Below, in pieces: positions 1-8,873 of a stretch of DNA of 54,539 bases. The number at the start of each line of letters is the position of its first letter. Within the stretch, counting starts at the first letter, position 1. This DNA is from a virus. Taxonomy: Duplodnaviria; Caudoviricetes. A program made the position numbers and the translations under genes. The stretch covers positions 1 through 54,539 of the IMG/VR virus record IMGVR_UViG_3300032214_000203. The stretch is one strand, 5' to 3'. The notes beneath the pieces are model-generated. The model did not search any database and had not been told where the DNA came from. It worked only from the letters and a program-made list of their open reading frames with translations.

Positions 1-1
1 C

Positions 2-292
2 CGCAGACAGGCAGCGGCTGACGGCGTAATCAGGGTGTTTGAGGGCAGCGAGGGAGTTTTTCGAGACTTTGTGCCAGTGGAGCGGTTGATTGAGGTTCAT
101 AAACGCTTCTTTGACTTGGACGTTTGCGGCGTGTATAACTTAGGAACAGGAAACGTTCAGTCCTTTATGGACGTTGCTACGTCCGTGGCCATTGAAACCA
201 ATGCGGAGATTGTCACCGTGCCGATGCCTGAAATCTCTGGTTATCAGCGGTACACGCGGGCAGACATGACAAAAACAAACGCCATGCTCTAG
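2..292 (+). CDS. ADP-L-glycero-D-manno-heptose 6-epimerase-like NAD-dependent epimerase, C-terminal part (5'-truncated by window edge)
   Basis: Frame is open from base 2 (RRQAAADGVIRVFEGS...). FEGSE..RDFV.V, GVYNLGTG...SF and YQRYTRAD match the HldD/RfaD C-terminus pattern. Confidence 0.75.
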   Translation, partial: RRQAAADGVIRVFEGSEGVFRDFVPVERLIEVHKRFFDLDVCGVYNLGTGNVQSFMDVATSVAIETNAEIVTVPMPEISGYQRYTRADMTKTNAML

Positions 293-301
293 GATGCCAC
301 A

Positions 302-2221
302 ATGCCGCTCTCAAAGCTCCAGTTCCAGCCCGGCATCAACCGTGAATCAACCTCGTACAGCAATGAGGGTGGCTGGTTCGACGTGGACAAGATGCGCTTT
401 CGCGCTGGCTATCCAGAGAAGATTGGCGGTTGGGTTAAGCTGGGCCTGAAATCATTCTTGGGAACGTGCCGTGCTCTGCATGCGTGGAGAACGATTAACC
501 TAGACAACTATCTGGGTCTTGGCACGAACCTCAAGTACTACATCGAAGAAGGCGAAGGCTACTACGACATCACACCAATCAGGGCGACGACCACTGCCGG
601 GGATGTGACTTTTGCCGCAGTCAATGGGTCTTCTGTTCTTACGGTTTCTGACACGGCACATGGTGCTGTAGCTGGCGACTTCGTCACTTTCACGGGGGCC
701 ACCAGCTTAGGTGGGAACATCACAGCCGCAATCCTGAACCAAGAGTATCAGATTGCAACAATCGTCAACGACAACTCGTACACCATTGTTGCTCGTGCCG
801 TGAACACAGTTGCGGATATTACGGTTGATGGGCAGTACACACCCGTGCCTGTGCTTGCCAACGCATCTGATAGCGGAGACGGCGGCGCGGCTGTTGTCGG
901 TGCCTATCAGATCAATACTGGCATCGACACCTCAATTTATGGAAACGGCTGGGGCGCATCGTTTTGGGGCCGTGGCACTTGGGGTTCCGGTGCATCCATT
1001 GATGCGTTGACCGATACGCTCCGCATTTGGTCGCACGACAACTTTGGTGAAGACCTAATCATCAACGTCTATAACGGTGGCATCTATTACTGGGATGCTT
1101 CTGTAGCAACACCCCTTGCGCAGAGAGCCGTTCCATTGACGGCACTGAGCGGTGCCAGCAACCCGCCCACAGTGGCGGCTAAGATCATTGTCTCTGACGT
1201 GGACAGGCACGTTATTGCTTTCGGGTGCAACCCTCTTGGTTCGTCAACGCAAGACCCCCTGCTCATTCGATTCTCCGATCAGGAAAACGCGGCAGACTGG
1301 ACTCCGACAACGACGAACACGGCTGGTGATTTGCTTGTTGGTTCAGGGTCTCGGATCGTCGCTGCTGTTGAGACACGTCAGCAGATACTTGTGTTCACTG
1401 ACATCTCAGTTCACGCGATGCAGTACCTCGGCCCTCCGTTCACATTCGGCATCAACATGATGGCAGAAGGCACAACCATCGTTGGGCCAAACGCTGTTGT
1501 CGCCGTAGATGACAGTGTGTTCTGGATGGGGCAGACAGAGTTCTATGTCTACAACGGCTCTGTGCAAAAGCTTCCCTGTTCTGTCCGGGATTATGTTTTC
1601 TCAAACTTCAACACAGACCAGATCGAGAAGGTGTTCTGCTCGACCAATACATCCTTTGCGGAAATCTGGTGGTTCTATCCTTCTGCCAATAGCGACGTTC
1701 TAGACCGCTACGTCGTTTACAATTACGAACAGAACATCTGGTATTACGGATCGATAGCGCGCAGTGCGTGGATCGACCGTGGCGTTGTTGGCTTCCCAAT
1801 AGCTGCAGGCTTGGATGGTTATCTCTACTATCATGAAAACGGCTTTGATGATGGCAGCACATCGCCATCCTCGGCCATCAATGCCTACATTGAGTCAAGT
1901 CAGTTCGACATTGCTGATGGCAACAACTTCAGTTTCGTGAGCCGCCTGATCCCGGACATCACGTTTAGAAACTCTAGTGCGGCATCGCCATCTGTAGTGT
2001 TTACGATGAAGGCACGAAACTTCCCCGGAGGTGCCTACCTGCAGGATGACAGCGAGACTGTCACCAAGACCGCATCAGTGCCAGTCGAACAGTTCACCAA
2101 TCAGGTGTACGTCAGGCTGCGGGGCAGGTCTATGGCGTTGAAGGTTGAGTCTTTGACAAAAGGAATTGGCTGGAGACTAGGCTCTCCGAGGATTGATGTC
2201 AGACCTGATGGTAGGCGCTGA
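302..2221 (+). CDS. Tail tubular/nozzle (DNA stabilisation)-like virion protein
   Basis: 639 aa, beta-rich with propeller-like repeats (IRFSDQE, VFWMG, EIWWFYPS); lies before the ejection genes. Confidence 0.65.
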   Translation: MPLSKLQFQPGINRESTSYSNEGGWFDVDKMRFRAGYPEKIGGWVKLGLKSFLGTCRALHAWRTINLDNYLGLGTNLKYYIEEGEGYYDITPIRATTTAGDVTFAAVNGSSVLTVSDTAHGAVAGDFVTFTGATSLGGNITAAILNQEYQIATIVNDNSYTIVARAVNTVADITVDGQYTPVPVLANASDSGDGGAAVVGAYQINTGIDTSIYGNGWGASFWGRGTWGSGASIDALTDTLRIWSHDNFGEDLIINVYNGGIYYWDASVATPLAQRAVPLTALSGASNPPTVAAKIIVSDVDRHVIAFGCNPLGSSTQDPLLIRFSDQENAADWTPTTTNTAGDLLVGSGSRIVAAVETRQQILVFTDISVHAMQYLGPPFTFGINMMAEGTTIVGPNAVVAVDDSVFWMGQTEFYVYNGSVQKLPCSVRDYVFSNFNTDQIEKVFCSTNTSFAEIWWFYPSANSDVLDRYVVYNYEQNIWYYGSIARSAWIDRGVVGFPIAAGLDGYLYYHENGFDDGSTSPSSAINAYIESSQFDIADGNNFSFVSRLIPDITFRNSSAASPSVVFTMKARNFPGGAYLQDDSETVTKTASVPVEQFTNQVYVRLRGRSMALKVESLTKGIGWRLGSPRIDVRPDGRR

Positions 2222-2520
2222 TGTCAAACAGGCTTGTTCCAGCACCATACTTTCCAATTCCTCCGAGGGAGTACGATCAGAGGTACTTCAACGAGATCAT
2301 CCGTGCGTTCTCCCTATATCTAGATCAGTCACGCAATCCCGGTGAAGGCAGGAATACCTTTTCTGTTTTTACCAACCTGCAAACTGACGATTTTGGCTTA
2401 GAGACTGGGGCTATATTTAACCACGGTGGGTATGTTAAGATCACGCAGGAAAACACACCACACGTTCGTGGGTCGTCTGGCACTGGCCTTGTCGGCTCCG
2501 TTACCGTGACAACGACATAG
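2221..2520 (+). CDS. Hypothetical virion protein
   Basis: Start overlaps upstream stop (TGATG). The C-terminal VGSVTVTTT resembles the end of 48673..48987. Confidence 0.6.
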   Translation: MSNRLVPAPYFPIPPREYDQRYFNEIIRAFSLYLDQSRNPGEGRNTFSVFTNLQTDDFGLETGAIFNHGGYVKITQENTPHVRGSSGTGLVGSVTVTTT

Positions 2521-2550
2521 TCAGGTTGACGCCGGAAGAGGAAGAACATT

Positions 2551-3381
2551 ATGGGACTTGGCCGAGACAGAAGTGAAAGAAGTGCGCCCGGAGAGGGTAT
2601 TCGCGGCGTGGGTCAGGGCATTGCCAGAGACGTAGCCATGGGGTTTTCAGCGGGGTTTGGGAACCGCGACAAGCAGGCCTCAAACCTCTCAAACAGAGGC
2701 TATACTGACAAAGACATCCGGGACTACCAAGAGCGCACTGCAGCGACGATGGAACGGAATCGTCAAGAGCAGGCCCAGCGTGATCGTGGTGGCAGGGACA
2801 GGAATGAGAGTCTTCCGCCCCGTGTCACGTTGCCAGTTGAGCCGCCAATTACCACGATGCCCATCACACCGGGCCCAGTAACTCCGCCGCCACCGCCTCA
2901 GGTTACACCAGAGATGCGCCGTGAGGCTCTGCGTATTTTTGAATCTCAGCGTGGTGCTGGGCAAGTTCCGTATCAGATGATGCCGTATCAGCAGGGTCTT
3001 GGTAGCTTGCCAATGCAGCAGAATCCCAATGCAAGCCCTGCATTCCAGTACGCAGCTCAGAACTACTCGCGCCTTGGTGGCTCTCAGCGCCTGATGGATC
3101 GCCCCATGGAGATGATGAGCGTGGCTGAGCGCCAGCGAATCAACGAGATGGCGCAAGGTATGCTACCACAGACGCCGCCACAAGTCGGCCCAAATGAAGT
3201 TGCGTCGATACTGTCCAGAATGAGCGCGGGCAAGGGCGGCGGGATGGTTCAGCCTCAGACGCCACGACCTATGCCTCGGCCCAGCCAAGTAAACAATAGA
3301 CCATTGCCCGGTTCTTCTGGCGCAAACCCCAGCATGGGCGGTCTTATGAGCATGCGTAACCGCTTTATGCCGCCTCGATAA
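2551..3381 (+). CDS. Pro/Gln/Met-rich low-complexity hypothetical protein
   Basis: 276-aa ORF with GAGG upstream; fills the gap between genes. Confidence 0.55.
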   Translation: MGLGRDRSERSAPGEGIRGVGQGIARDVAMGFSAGFGNRDKQASNLSNRGYTDKDIRDYQERTAATMERNRQEQAQRDRGGRDRNESLPPRVTLPVEPPITTMPITPGPVTPPPPPQVTPEMRREALRIFESQRGAGQVPYQMMPYQQGLGSLPMQQNPNASPAFQYAAQNYSRLGGSQRLMDRPMEMMSVAERQRINEMAQGMLPQTPPQVGPNEVASILSRMSAGKGGGMVQPQTPRPMPRPSQVNNRPLPGSSGANPSMGGLMSMRNRFMPPR

Positions 3382-3404
3382 GTCACGCAGGTCGGAGTCA
3401 TTAA

Positions 3405-3614
3405 ATGTCCACAGAAGATTCTGTTAACAAGCGCCTTGACCTGATTGAGCCACGAGTTGGACAATTGGAGCGCGATGTGTCGTCCATAAAAACTGAGGTT
3501 CGCATCCAGTTCAAAGAATTGTTCAATAGAACAAAACGGCTGGAAGGCATTCTGGTTGGCACTGCTGGGACAATCATCATCATGCTCATGGGAATACTTT
3601 TTAAAATGGGGTGA
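3405..3614 (+). CDS. Small coiled-coil protein with C-terminal TM helix (XhlA/holin-like)
   Basis: GGAG RBS; heptad region followed by hydrophobic ILVGTAGTIIIMLMGILF; first gene of the lysis cassette. Confidence 0.55.
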   Translation: MSTEDSVNKRLDLIEPRVGQLERDVSSIKTEVRIQFKELFNRTKRLEGILVGTAGTIIIMLMGILFKMG

Positions 3615-3623
3615 GGTGGTAGG

Positions 3624-3809
3624 ATGTTTGAGAAGATTGTCTGGTCAGCAGTCGCGGCCTTTGTTGTGGCGATCATCTATTTTTCTGGTGACGGGTTCTA
3701 TCGTTACCCGTGCCAAGACCCGGTCAACTGGGCTGCGCTTGAATGCACACCACCGATTTGCCTTCGCACTGGCATGTGCGCCACTGACCTGACGGGAGAC
3801 TCGCAATGA
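3624..3809 (+). CDS. Small membrane-anchored Cys-rich protein
   Basis: N-terminal TM, then YRYPCQDP..W...C.PP.C...G.C; GAGGT RBS. Confidence 0.6.
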   Translation: MFEKIVWSAVAAFVVAIIYFSGDGFYRYPCQDPVNWAALECTPPICLRTGMCATDLTGDSQ

Positions 3810-4087
3810 GCAAGAACGACCCTGACTTTATGGAAGCCAAGCTGCGTTACTTCATTGGCGTGGCACTGACCGTGATCCTTGGTGGCACCATCTTTGTCAT
3901 TCTCTATTCGCTGGTCTTCGTGACCCAGCCGCTCGGCGAGTCAAGCGAGAACGACCGCAAGTTCTTTGAACTTCTAACACCCATTGCCTCGTTCATCGTT
4001 GGGGCCTTGGGCGGCGTGATGGCCGCTGGCAACAACCGAAACCGTGGCAACAATGACGAGCCGCCAAGACAGGAGTACACAGAATGA
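3806..4087 (+). CDS. Two-TM membrane protein, holin candidate
   Basis: Two hydrophobic helices, charged C-terminus, upstream of the endolysin. Confidence 0.55.
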   Translation: MSKNDPDFMEAKLRYFIGVALTVILGGTIFVILYSLVFVTQPLGESSENDRKFFELLTPIASFIVGALGGVMAAGNNRNRGNNDEPPRQEYTE

Positions 4088-4311
4088 TTGGTAAACTTAT
4101 TGGGATGTTCATGGGGCGCAAGCTCAAAGAGAAGGCTGTTGACGTGGTCTTGGACAAGGTGAACCTGCCTGACCCGGTGGAGAACGCAATCAAGGTTGCG
4201 GCCACTGGCAACGTCGGTGACCTGCTCGGCGGCATGGGCAAGGACATGGCGCAGGAAGCTGTGCTTGAACAGATCACCAAGAAGGTGCCGATCAAGAGAC
4301 CGAAGAAGTGA
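4084..4311 (+). CDS. Hypothetical protein
   Basis: ATGA overlap with upstream gene; AGGAG RBS. Confidence 0.6.
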   Translation: MIGKLIGMFMGRKLKEKAVDVVLDKVNLPDPVENAIKVAATGNVGDLLGGMGKDMAQEAVLEQITKKVPIKRPKK

Positions 4312-4715
4312 AGTGGCTTGGCATTCTCTTCCTGTCGGCCAGCCCCGCGCTGGCTGACCAGTATGAGATCACCCGCGTGATCGATGGCGACACGGTTGAG
4401 ATCGCCGTGGACTTCCTGCCGAAGCCCCTGCCACCCAAGCTGTCGATCCGCGTGATGGGCATTGATACACCCGAGAAGGCACCGCGCGCTCAGTGTGATG
4501 CCGAGGCAGCGTTGGCTAAGAAGGCAACCGCCTTTACCAAGCGGGCAGTTTCCGACGCCCTCGAGGTTGAAGTCGTGATCCTCAAGTGGGACAAGTATGG
4601 TGGCCGGGTGTTGGGCGAGGTCTACCTAGATCATCAGAGCCTCGCTCAAAGCCTGATCTCTGCAGGTCTTGCCCGTCCGTACAAGGGTGAAGCAAAACAA
4701 TCTTGGTGTGAATAG
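4308..4715 (+). CDS. SNase-like (thermonuclease) nuclease with signal peptide
   Basis: RVIDGDT, IRVMGIDTPE, DKYGGRVLG and LISAGLA motifs; N-terminal MKWLGILFLSASPALA signal. Confidence 0.85.
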   Translation: MKWLGILFLSASPALADQYEITRVIDGDTVEIAVDFLPKPLPPKLSIRVMGIDTPEKAPRAQCDAEAALAKKATAFTKRAVSDALEVEVVILKWDKYGGRVLGEVYLDHQSLAQSLISAGLARPYKGEAKQSWCE

Positions 4716-4724
4716 GAGCCGTAG

Positions 4725-5612
4725 ATGACCCTGCTAACCGTCGATCAACTGCGCGCCATGATCCCGACCAACAAGGAGGTCGAGGAGTGGTGTGAAGCAT
4801 TGAATGAAATGCTGCCGAAGTATGGCATCACCACCGACAAGCGCATTGCCAGCTTTGTCAGCCAGTGCGCCCATGAGAGCATGGACTTCCGCGTGTTGGA
4901 GGAGAACCTGAACTACAAGGAGTCCACGCTGCTGCGCGTGTTCCCGCGCTACTTTGGCCCCGGCAAAGAGAACGCCGCCGAATATGCGGGCAAGCCTGAG
5001 AAGATTGCCAACTATGTGTACATGGATAAGAACCGCTCCAAGGCGGGTGCTTTAGGCAACCAAAAAGATGGGGATGGTTTTTTATTCAGAGGAAAAGGTC
5101 TGAAACAAGTTACTGGCCGTGCGAATACGACCGCATTCGGCAAGACCGTTGGCATGACCGCCGAGGAAGCTGCTGAGTATCTCCTGACCAAGAAGGGCGC
5201 ACTTGAGAGCGCGCTGTGGTTCTGGGGTAGCCGCAACCTGAACGAGGTCGCAGACACGGGCGACGTGACACGTCTCACCAAAATCATCAACGGAGGCGAC
5301 ATTGGCCTCGCGGATCGCAAGGCACGCTATGCCAAGGCCATGGCAGCTATGGGCGGGGCTGTCACTGCGCCCGCTCCTGCCGCCTCTCCAGCGGCCTCCG
5401 TTGGAACTCTACGCAAGGGCTCAAAGGGGGATGCTGTCAAGAAGATGCAGGCTGCGCTTGGCATCAAAGCTGATGGAGACTTTGGGCCCGGAACAGAAGC
5501 TGCCGTTAAGAAGTGGCAGGCTGCCAATGGGCTAACGGCTGATGGCATCGTTGGCCCAAGGACTATGGAGAAGCTGTTCAGCAAAGCGCCCAAACAACAA
5601 AGGTTCAAATGA
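4725..5612 (+). CDS. Endolysin, GH19 (chitinase class I-like) with C-terminal peptidoglycan-binding domain
   Basis: [33 protein letters not shown]; C-terminal LRKGSKG..V..MQ..L...ADGDFGPGT...DGIVGP.T. Confidence 0.9.
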   Translation: MTLLTVDQLRAMIPTNKEVEEWCEALNEMLPKYGITTDKRIASFVSQCAHESMDFRVLEENLNYKESTLLRVFPRYFGPGKENAAEYAGKPEKIANYVYMDKNRSKAGALGNQKDGDGFLFRGKGLKQVTGRANTTAFGKTVGMTAEEAAEYLLTKKGALESALWFWGSRNLNEVADTGDVTRLTKIINGGDIGLADRKARYAKAMAAMGGAVTAPAPAASPAASVGTLRKGSKGDAVKKMQAALGIKADGDFGPGTEAAVKKWQAANGLTADGIVGPRTMEKLFSKAPKQQRFK

Positions 5613-5665
5613 ACTTTTAATGTTGGCACCTTGGTGCTAATATCTGCCAAACGTTGAGGTACGCC

Positions 5666-6805
5666 ATGGTTTTGCCACTCCTTATGTCGCTGGGTCTGCC
5701 TGCGCTTGCCGCATCCGGGTCTATCCCTTTCCTTACAACACTGGCCGGAACCGTTGGGACGGCAGGTCTTGCTGGTCTGGGTGCTGGACTTGGATCGTTT
5801 ATTCAAACGGGAGACCTTGGAGAGGGAATCAAGACTGGCCTAACGTCTTTCCTTGGCGGGAAAGTCCTTGGTGGAATCACCGGAGGATCAGGCGCTGCCA
5901 ATGCGCCCATGACGGAGACTGCAATCGGTAACCTTCCAACGCCCCGCTTCTTGCAGGCAGCGCCAGCCGCTAGTGGGGCTGCGGCTGGAACGGCTGGCAG
6001 GGGCGTTCTTGGAAACCTCTTCTCCTCGCCCGGAATGCAACAGGCAGCGGCTGGGGCATTCGCTCCGGGTGTGTTTCAGGCTGGCATGATTGGGCAGACC
6101 ATGTCCGACATGAGCATGGCTCAGAGACAAGCCAGCGATGCAGAGCGCAAGAAAAAAGAAAAAGAAGAAGCCGGAAAGCCACCGATGCCGAGGCCTATGC
6201 GGGCGACATACAACCCAGACCCTTATGCAAGTGGTGGCGGAGAAGGTCTTTACTTCCAGTATCAGAGACCTCCGGCACCTCCCGGATACACCCCGCAATA
6301 TCCATACTACTATTCAAGTGGTGGCATCCTTGGTCTGCGCCGCATGCAAGAGGGCGGAGAGGCTGAGGTCGAAGTCGAAGTCGAAGACGAGATGGAAGCC
6401 AATGGCATGAACGAAAAGGATGTCATTGTTGAGGCCATTCGCGCCATCAAAGGCGCATCTGATCGACCTGAAATTGTTTTGGGAATGTTCGTTCAGAAAT
6501 ACGGAGAGGATGCGCTGCGTGATCTCGTTGATCGCGTCCAGTCTGGTGAGCTTGATGATACTGTCGAGCGTTTTGCTGAAGGCGAGAAGGGCATTGTTCG
6601 CGGCCCCGGAGATGGTTCCGGCGTAGACGACATGGTGCCCGCCACCCTAGAGGGTGAGCAAGATGTTCTTCTCTCTGATGGGGAGTTTGTGTTGAGGAAG
6701 AAGACCGCCGATGCTCTGGAGAAAGCTTACGGTGGTGGCTTCCTTGATATTGTAAATCGTTCGGAAGATGATGCTCCAAGGAAACTCGAAGCAATGGTGG
6801 GATAA
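5666..6805 (+). CDS. Internal virion/ejection protein
   Basis: ATG 5666 after GAGGT; Gly/Ala-rich N-terminus; GPGDG..DD.VPA.....LSDGEFV motif. Confidence 0.6.
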   Translation: MVLPLLMSLGLPALAASGSIPFLTTLAGTVGTAGLAGLGAGLGSFIQTGDLGEGIKTGLTSFLGGKVLGGITGGSGAANAPMTETAIGNLPTPRFLQAAPAASGAAAGTAGRGVLGNLFSSPGMQQAAAGAFAPGVFQAGMIGQTMSDMSMAQRQASDAERKKKEKEEAGKPPMPRPMRATYNPDPYASGGGEGLYFQYQRPPAPPGYTPQYPYYYSSGGILGLRRMQEGGEAEVEVEVEDEMEANGMNEKDVIVEAIRAIKGASDRPEIVLGMFVQKYGEDALRDLVDRVQSGELDDTVERFAEGEKGIVRGPGDGSGVDDMVPATLEGEQDVLLSDGEFVLRKKTADALEKAYGGGFLDIVNRSEDDAPRKLEAMVG

Positions 6806-7285
6806 GTGCTGAGAATAAGTTCGGTGCCGCAAGACGCGGTGAGGATGGTATGGAAGGATGTTGACCGGGTACTGAGAAAAAGCGTAGCGACCGTCAAGAA
6901 CAAGTCTGATGTTATCGACATTTTAGATGGCATGTTTGATGGGACATACGCTCTTTGGGTCGTACTGGATGACGACAACAACATCGTTGCTGCATTCACC
7001 ACACGACTGATTGTGTATCCGCAGCGAAGGGCACTAGCCTTAGATTGGGTTGGCGGCACCCGCATGAAGGAATGGGCCGATCAGATGATTGACACCATGA
7101 TGCGCTACGCGGGTGAACTGGGGTGTGAACACCTCGAAGGATATGGTAGAAAAGGCTGGGGTAGGTTCTTGGAGAAGTATGGATTCTATCCAGAATACAC
7201 AGCCTACCGAATGGAGTTGAGCGATGGGCAAGGGCAGATCACAGGCACCGACAGAGTCAACGGTACGGCAAACGAATCTACCTGA
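6806..7285 (+). CDS. Hypothetical protein, possible GNAT-like fold
   Basis: GG...W...G.GRKGW.R.L..YGF pattern in the ejection gene block. Confidence 0.5.
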   Translation: MLRISSVPQDAVRMVWKDVDRVLRKSVATVKNKSDVIDILDGMFDGTYALWVVLDDDNNIVAAFTTRLIVYPQRRALALDWVGGTRMKEWADQMIDTMMRYAGELGCEHLEGYGRKGWGRFLEKYGFYPEYTAYRMELSDGQGQITGTDRVNGTANEST

Positions 7286-8873
7286 ATACGCTGACCCGTA
7301 CTTCCGTCGCCTGCTTCAGGGTGCTGAAGAGTCAATGATGCCGTTCGACCCTGTTACGGGGGAGAGCACATACGTTCCCTATCAGGGTGAGCGCATTGCT
7401 CCGTCCGAAATGTACGGTGACATTCAGGGGTCTCGTGCCATGGTCAGGGGCATTGCTGAGAGCGGCATTGCTGGCATGCCTGAAGCTATGGACGCTGCGC
7501 GTCGTGGCATGGGATATCAAGACGAAGCTATCCAAGGTCTGCGTGGCTTGGCCAATTATGATACTGGCCAATTTGATCAATACGGGGGCTTCAAGGCTGG
7601 CTCTGGAACATCCATGATGGATGAGTTCCAAGCCTTTAACCCAACGCGGTACGAAGGATTCAGGGAAGCTGAGTTTACGCCTTTTGGGGAATTTGATCAG
7701 TATCAGTTCCGTGGGCCTGCGGAGTTTAGCAGCTTTGAGTTCCGCCCTGACTATCAGTTTGAGGGGTTCCAGTATCAAGAACCCGAACGCTTTACGGGTT
7801 CTGCCGTAGGGCAGTACATGTCTCCGTACATGCAGTCTGTTGTAGATCAACAGCAGCGTCAGGCTCAGTTGGAGTTTGAGCGGCAGGGTGCTTCCCGCGC
7901 AGCTCAAGCCGTTCAAGCCGGGGCATTCGGCGGTTCGCGTCAGGCTGTACAGGAGGCGCTTGCCGAGGAAGCCCTTGGTCGCCAGATGGGTGACATTCAG
8001 GCTCGCGGTTCTCAGGCTGCGTTCGAACAAGCGGCGCAACAATTCGGTCTGGATCGCGCCGCCCGCATGGAGACAGAGCGCGCGCAGGCGGGAGAGTTTG
8101 CGCGAGTACAGGCAGGTCAGGCGGCTGAACAAGCGCGTGTTGATCAGGCGCGCTTTACAGAGCTGGCTTCTCGTGAGCAGGCACAGGCCGCTGAGTTTGC
8201 TCGCTCCGGTGATCAAGCTGCCGCAGAAGCAGCGCGTGTTCAGGCGTCTAAGTACCAAGACTTGGCACGCATTCAGGCTGGCAAGGCATCCGAAATGGGT
8301 CGCGTTCAGGGGGCTCAGGCCGCAGAAAACGCTCGCATGGATGCAATCATGCAGCAAGAAATGGCTCGCGTTCAGGGAGCCCGTGCTGCAGAGCAGGCTC
8401 GCTTGGATCAAATTTCCATTGGAGAGGGCGCTCGCGTTCAAGGGGCTGAGGCCTCTGAGCTTGGTCGCGTTCAGTCCGCAGGAGAGCAGTCGCGTCAGTT
8501 CGGTGCAGGCCAAGGTCTTGCTGCGTATCAGGCGATGGGCAGTGGTGCCGGACAGCTTGCTGGACTTGGCGCTGGCCTTGCTGGCCTTGGAGAACGTCAA
8601 CGTGCAGCCGACATTCAGGGGGCACAACTTCTTGAAACGGTTGGCCGCGATATTAGGGCGGAAGATCAGGCTCGTCTGGACATGGCGTATGAGGACTTTG
8701 TGCGCCAGCGTGACTACCCGATGAGCATGTATGAACGCTTTGGTAATCTTATGCGCGGCATTCCCGTTACGCCGAATGTGGAAGAGCAGCGTTTTGCTTC
8801 GTACAATCCTGTCCAGCAGGCGCTGGGCGCTGGGATTTCGGCGCTTGGACTTTATAGAGGGCTGACAGCATGA
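7224..8873 (+). CDS. DNA ejection/pilot-like protein with 11-residue repeats
   Basis: YMSPYMQSVVD...AGAFGGSRQA motif; 12 hendecad repeats. Confidence 0.65.
   Translation: MGKGRSQAPTESTVRQTNLPEYADPYFRRLLQGAEESMMPFDPVTGESTYVPYQGERIAPSEMYGDIQGSRAMVRGIAESGIAGMPEAMDAARRGMGYQDEAIQGLRGLANYDTGQFDQYGGFKAGSGTSMMDEFQAFNPTRYEGFREAEFTPFGEFDQYQFRGPAEFSSFEFRPDYQFEGFQYQEPERFTGSAVGQYMSPYMQSVVDQQQRQAQLEFERQGASRAAQAVQAGAFGGSRQAVQEALAEEALGRQMGDIQARGSQAAFEQAAQQFGLDRAARMETERAQAGEFARVQAGQAAEQARVDQARFTELASREQAQAAEFARSGDQAAAEAARVQASKYQDLARIQAGKASEMGRVQGAQAAENARMDAIMQQEMARVQGARAAEQARLDQISIGEGARVQGAEASELGRVQSAGEQSRQFGAGQGLAAYQAMGSGAGQLAGLGAGLAGLGERQRAADIQGAQLLETVGRDIRAEDQARLDMAYEDFVRQRDYPMSMYERFGNLMRGIPVTPNVEEQRFASYNPVQQALGAGISALGLYRGLTA

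Noticed and set aside
5623-5640. Sigma54-like TGGCAC...TGC (also near 26490)
   Set aside because: GG to GC spacing is 1-2 nt short of the strict -24/-12 requirement.
7332-8627. 431-aa antisense ORF inside the ejection gene
   Set aside because: In codon register with the sense gene, the usual shadow of biased codon use; no RBS and no protein-like features.
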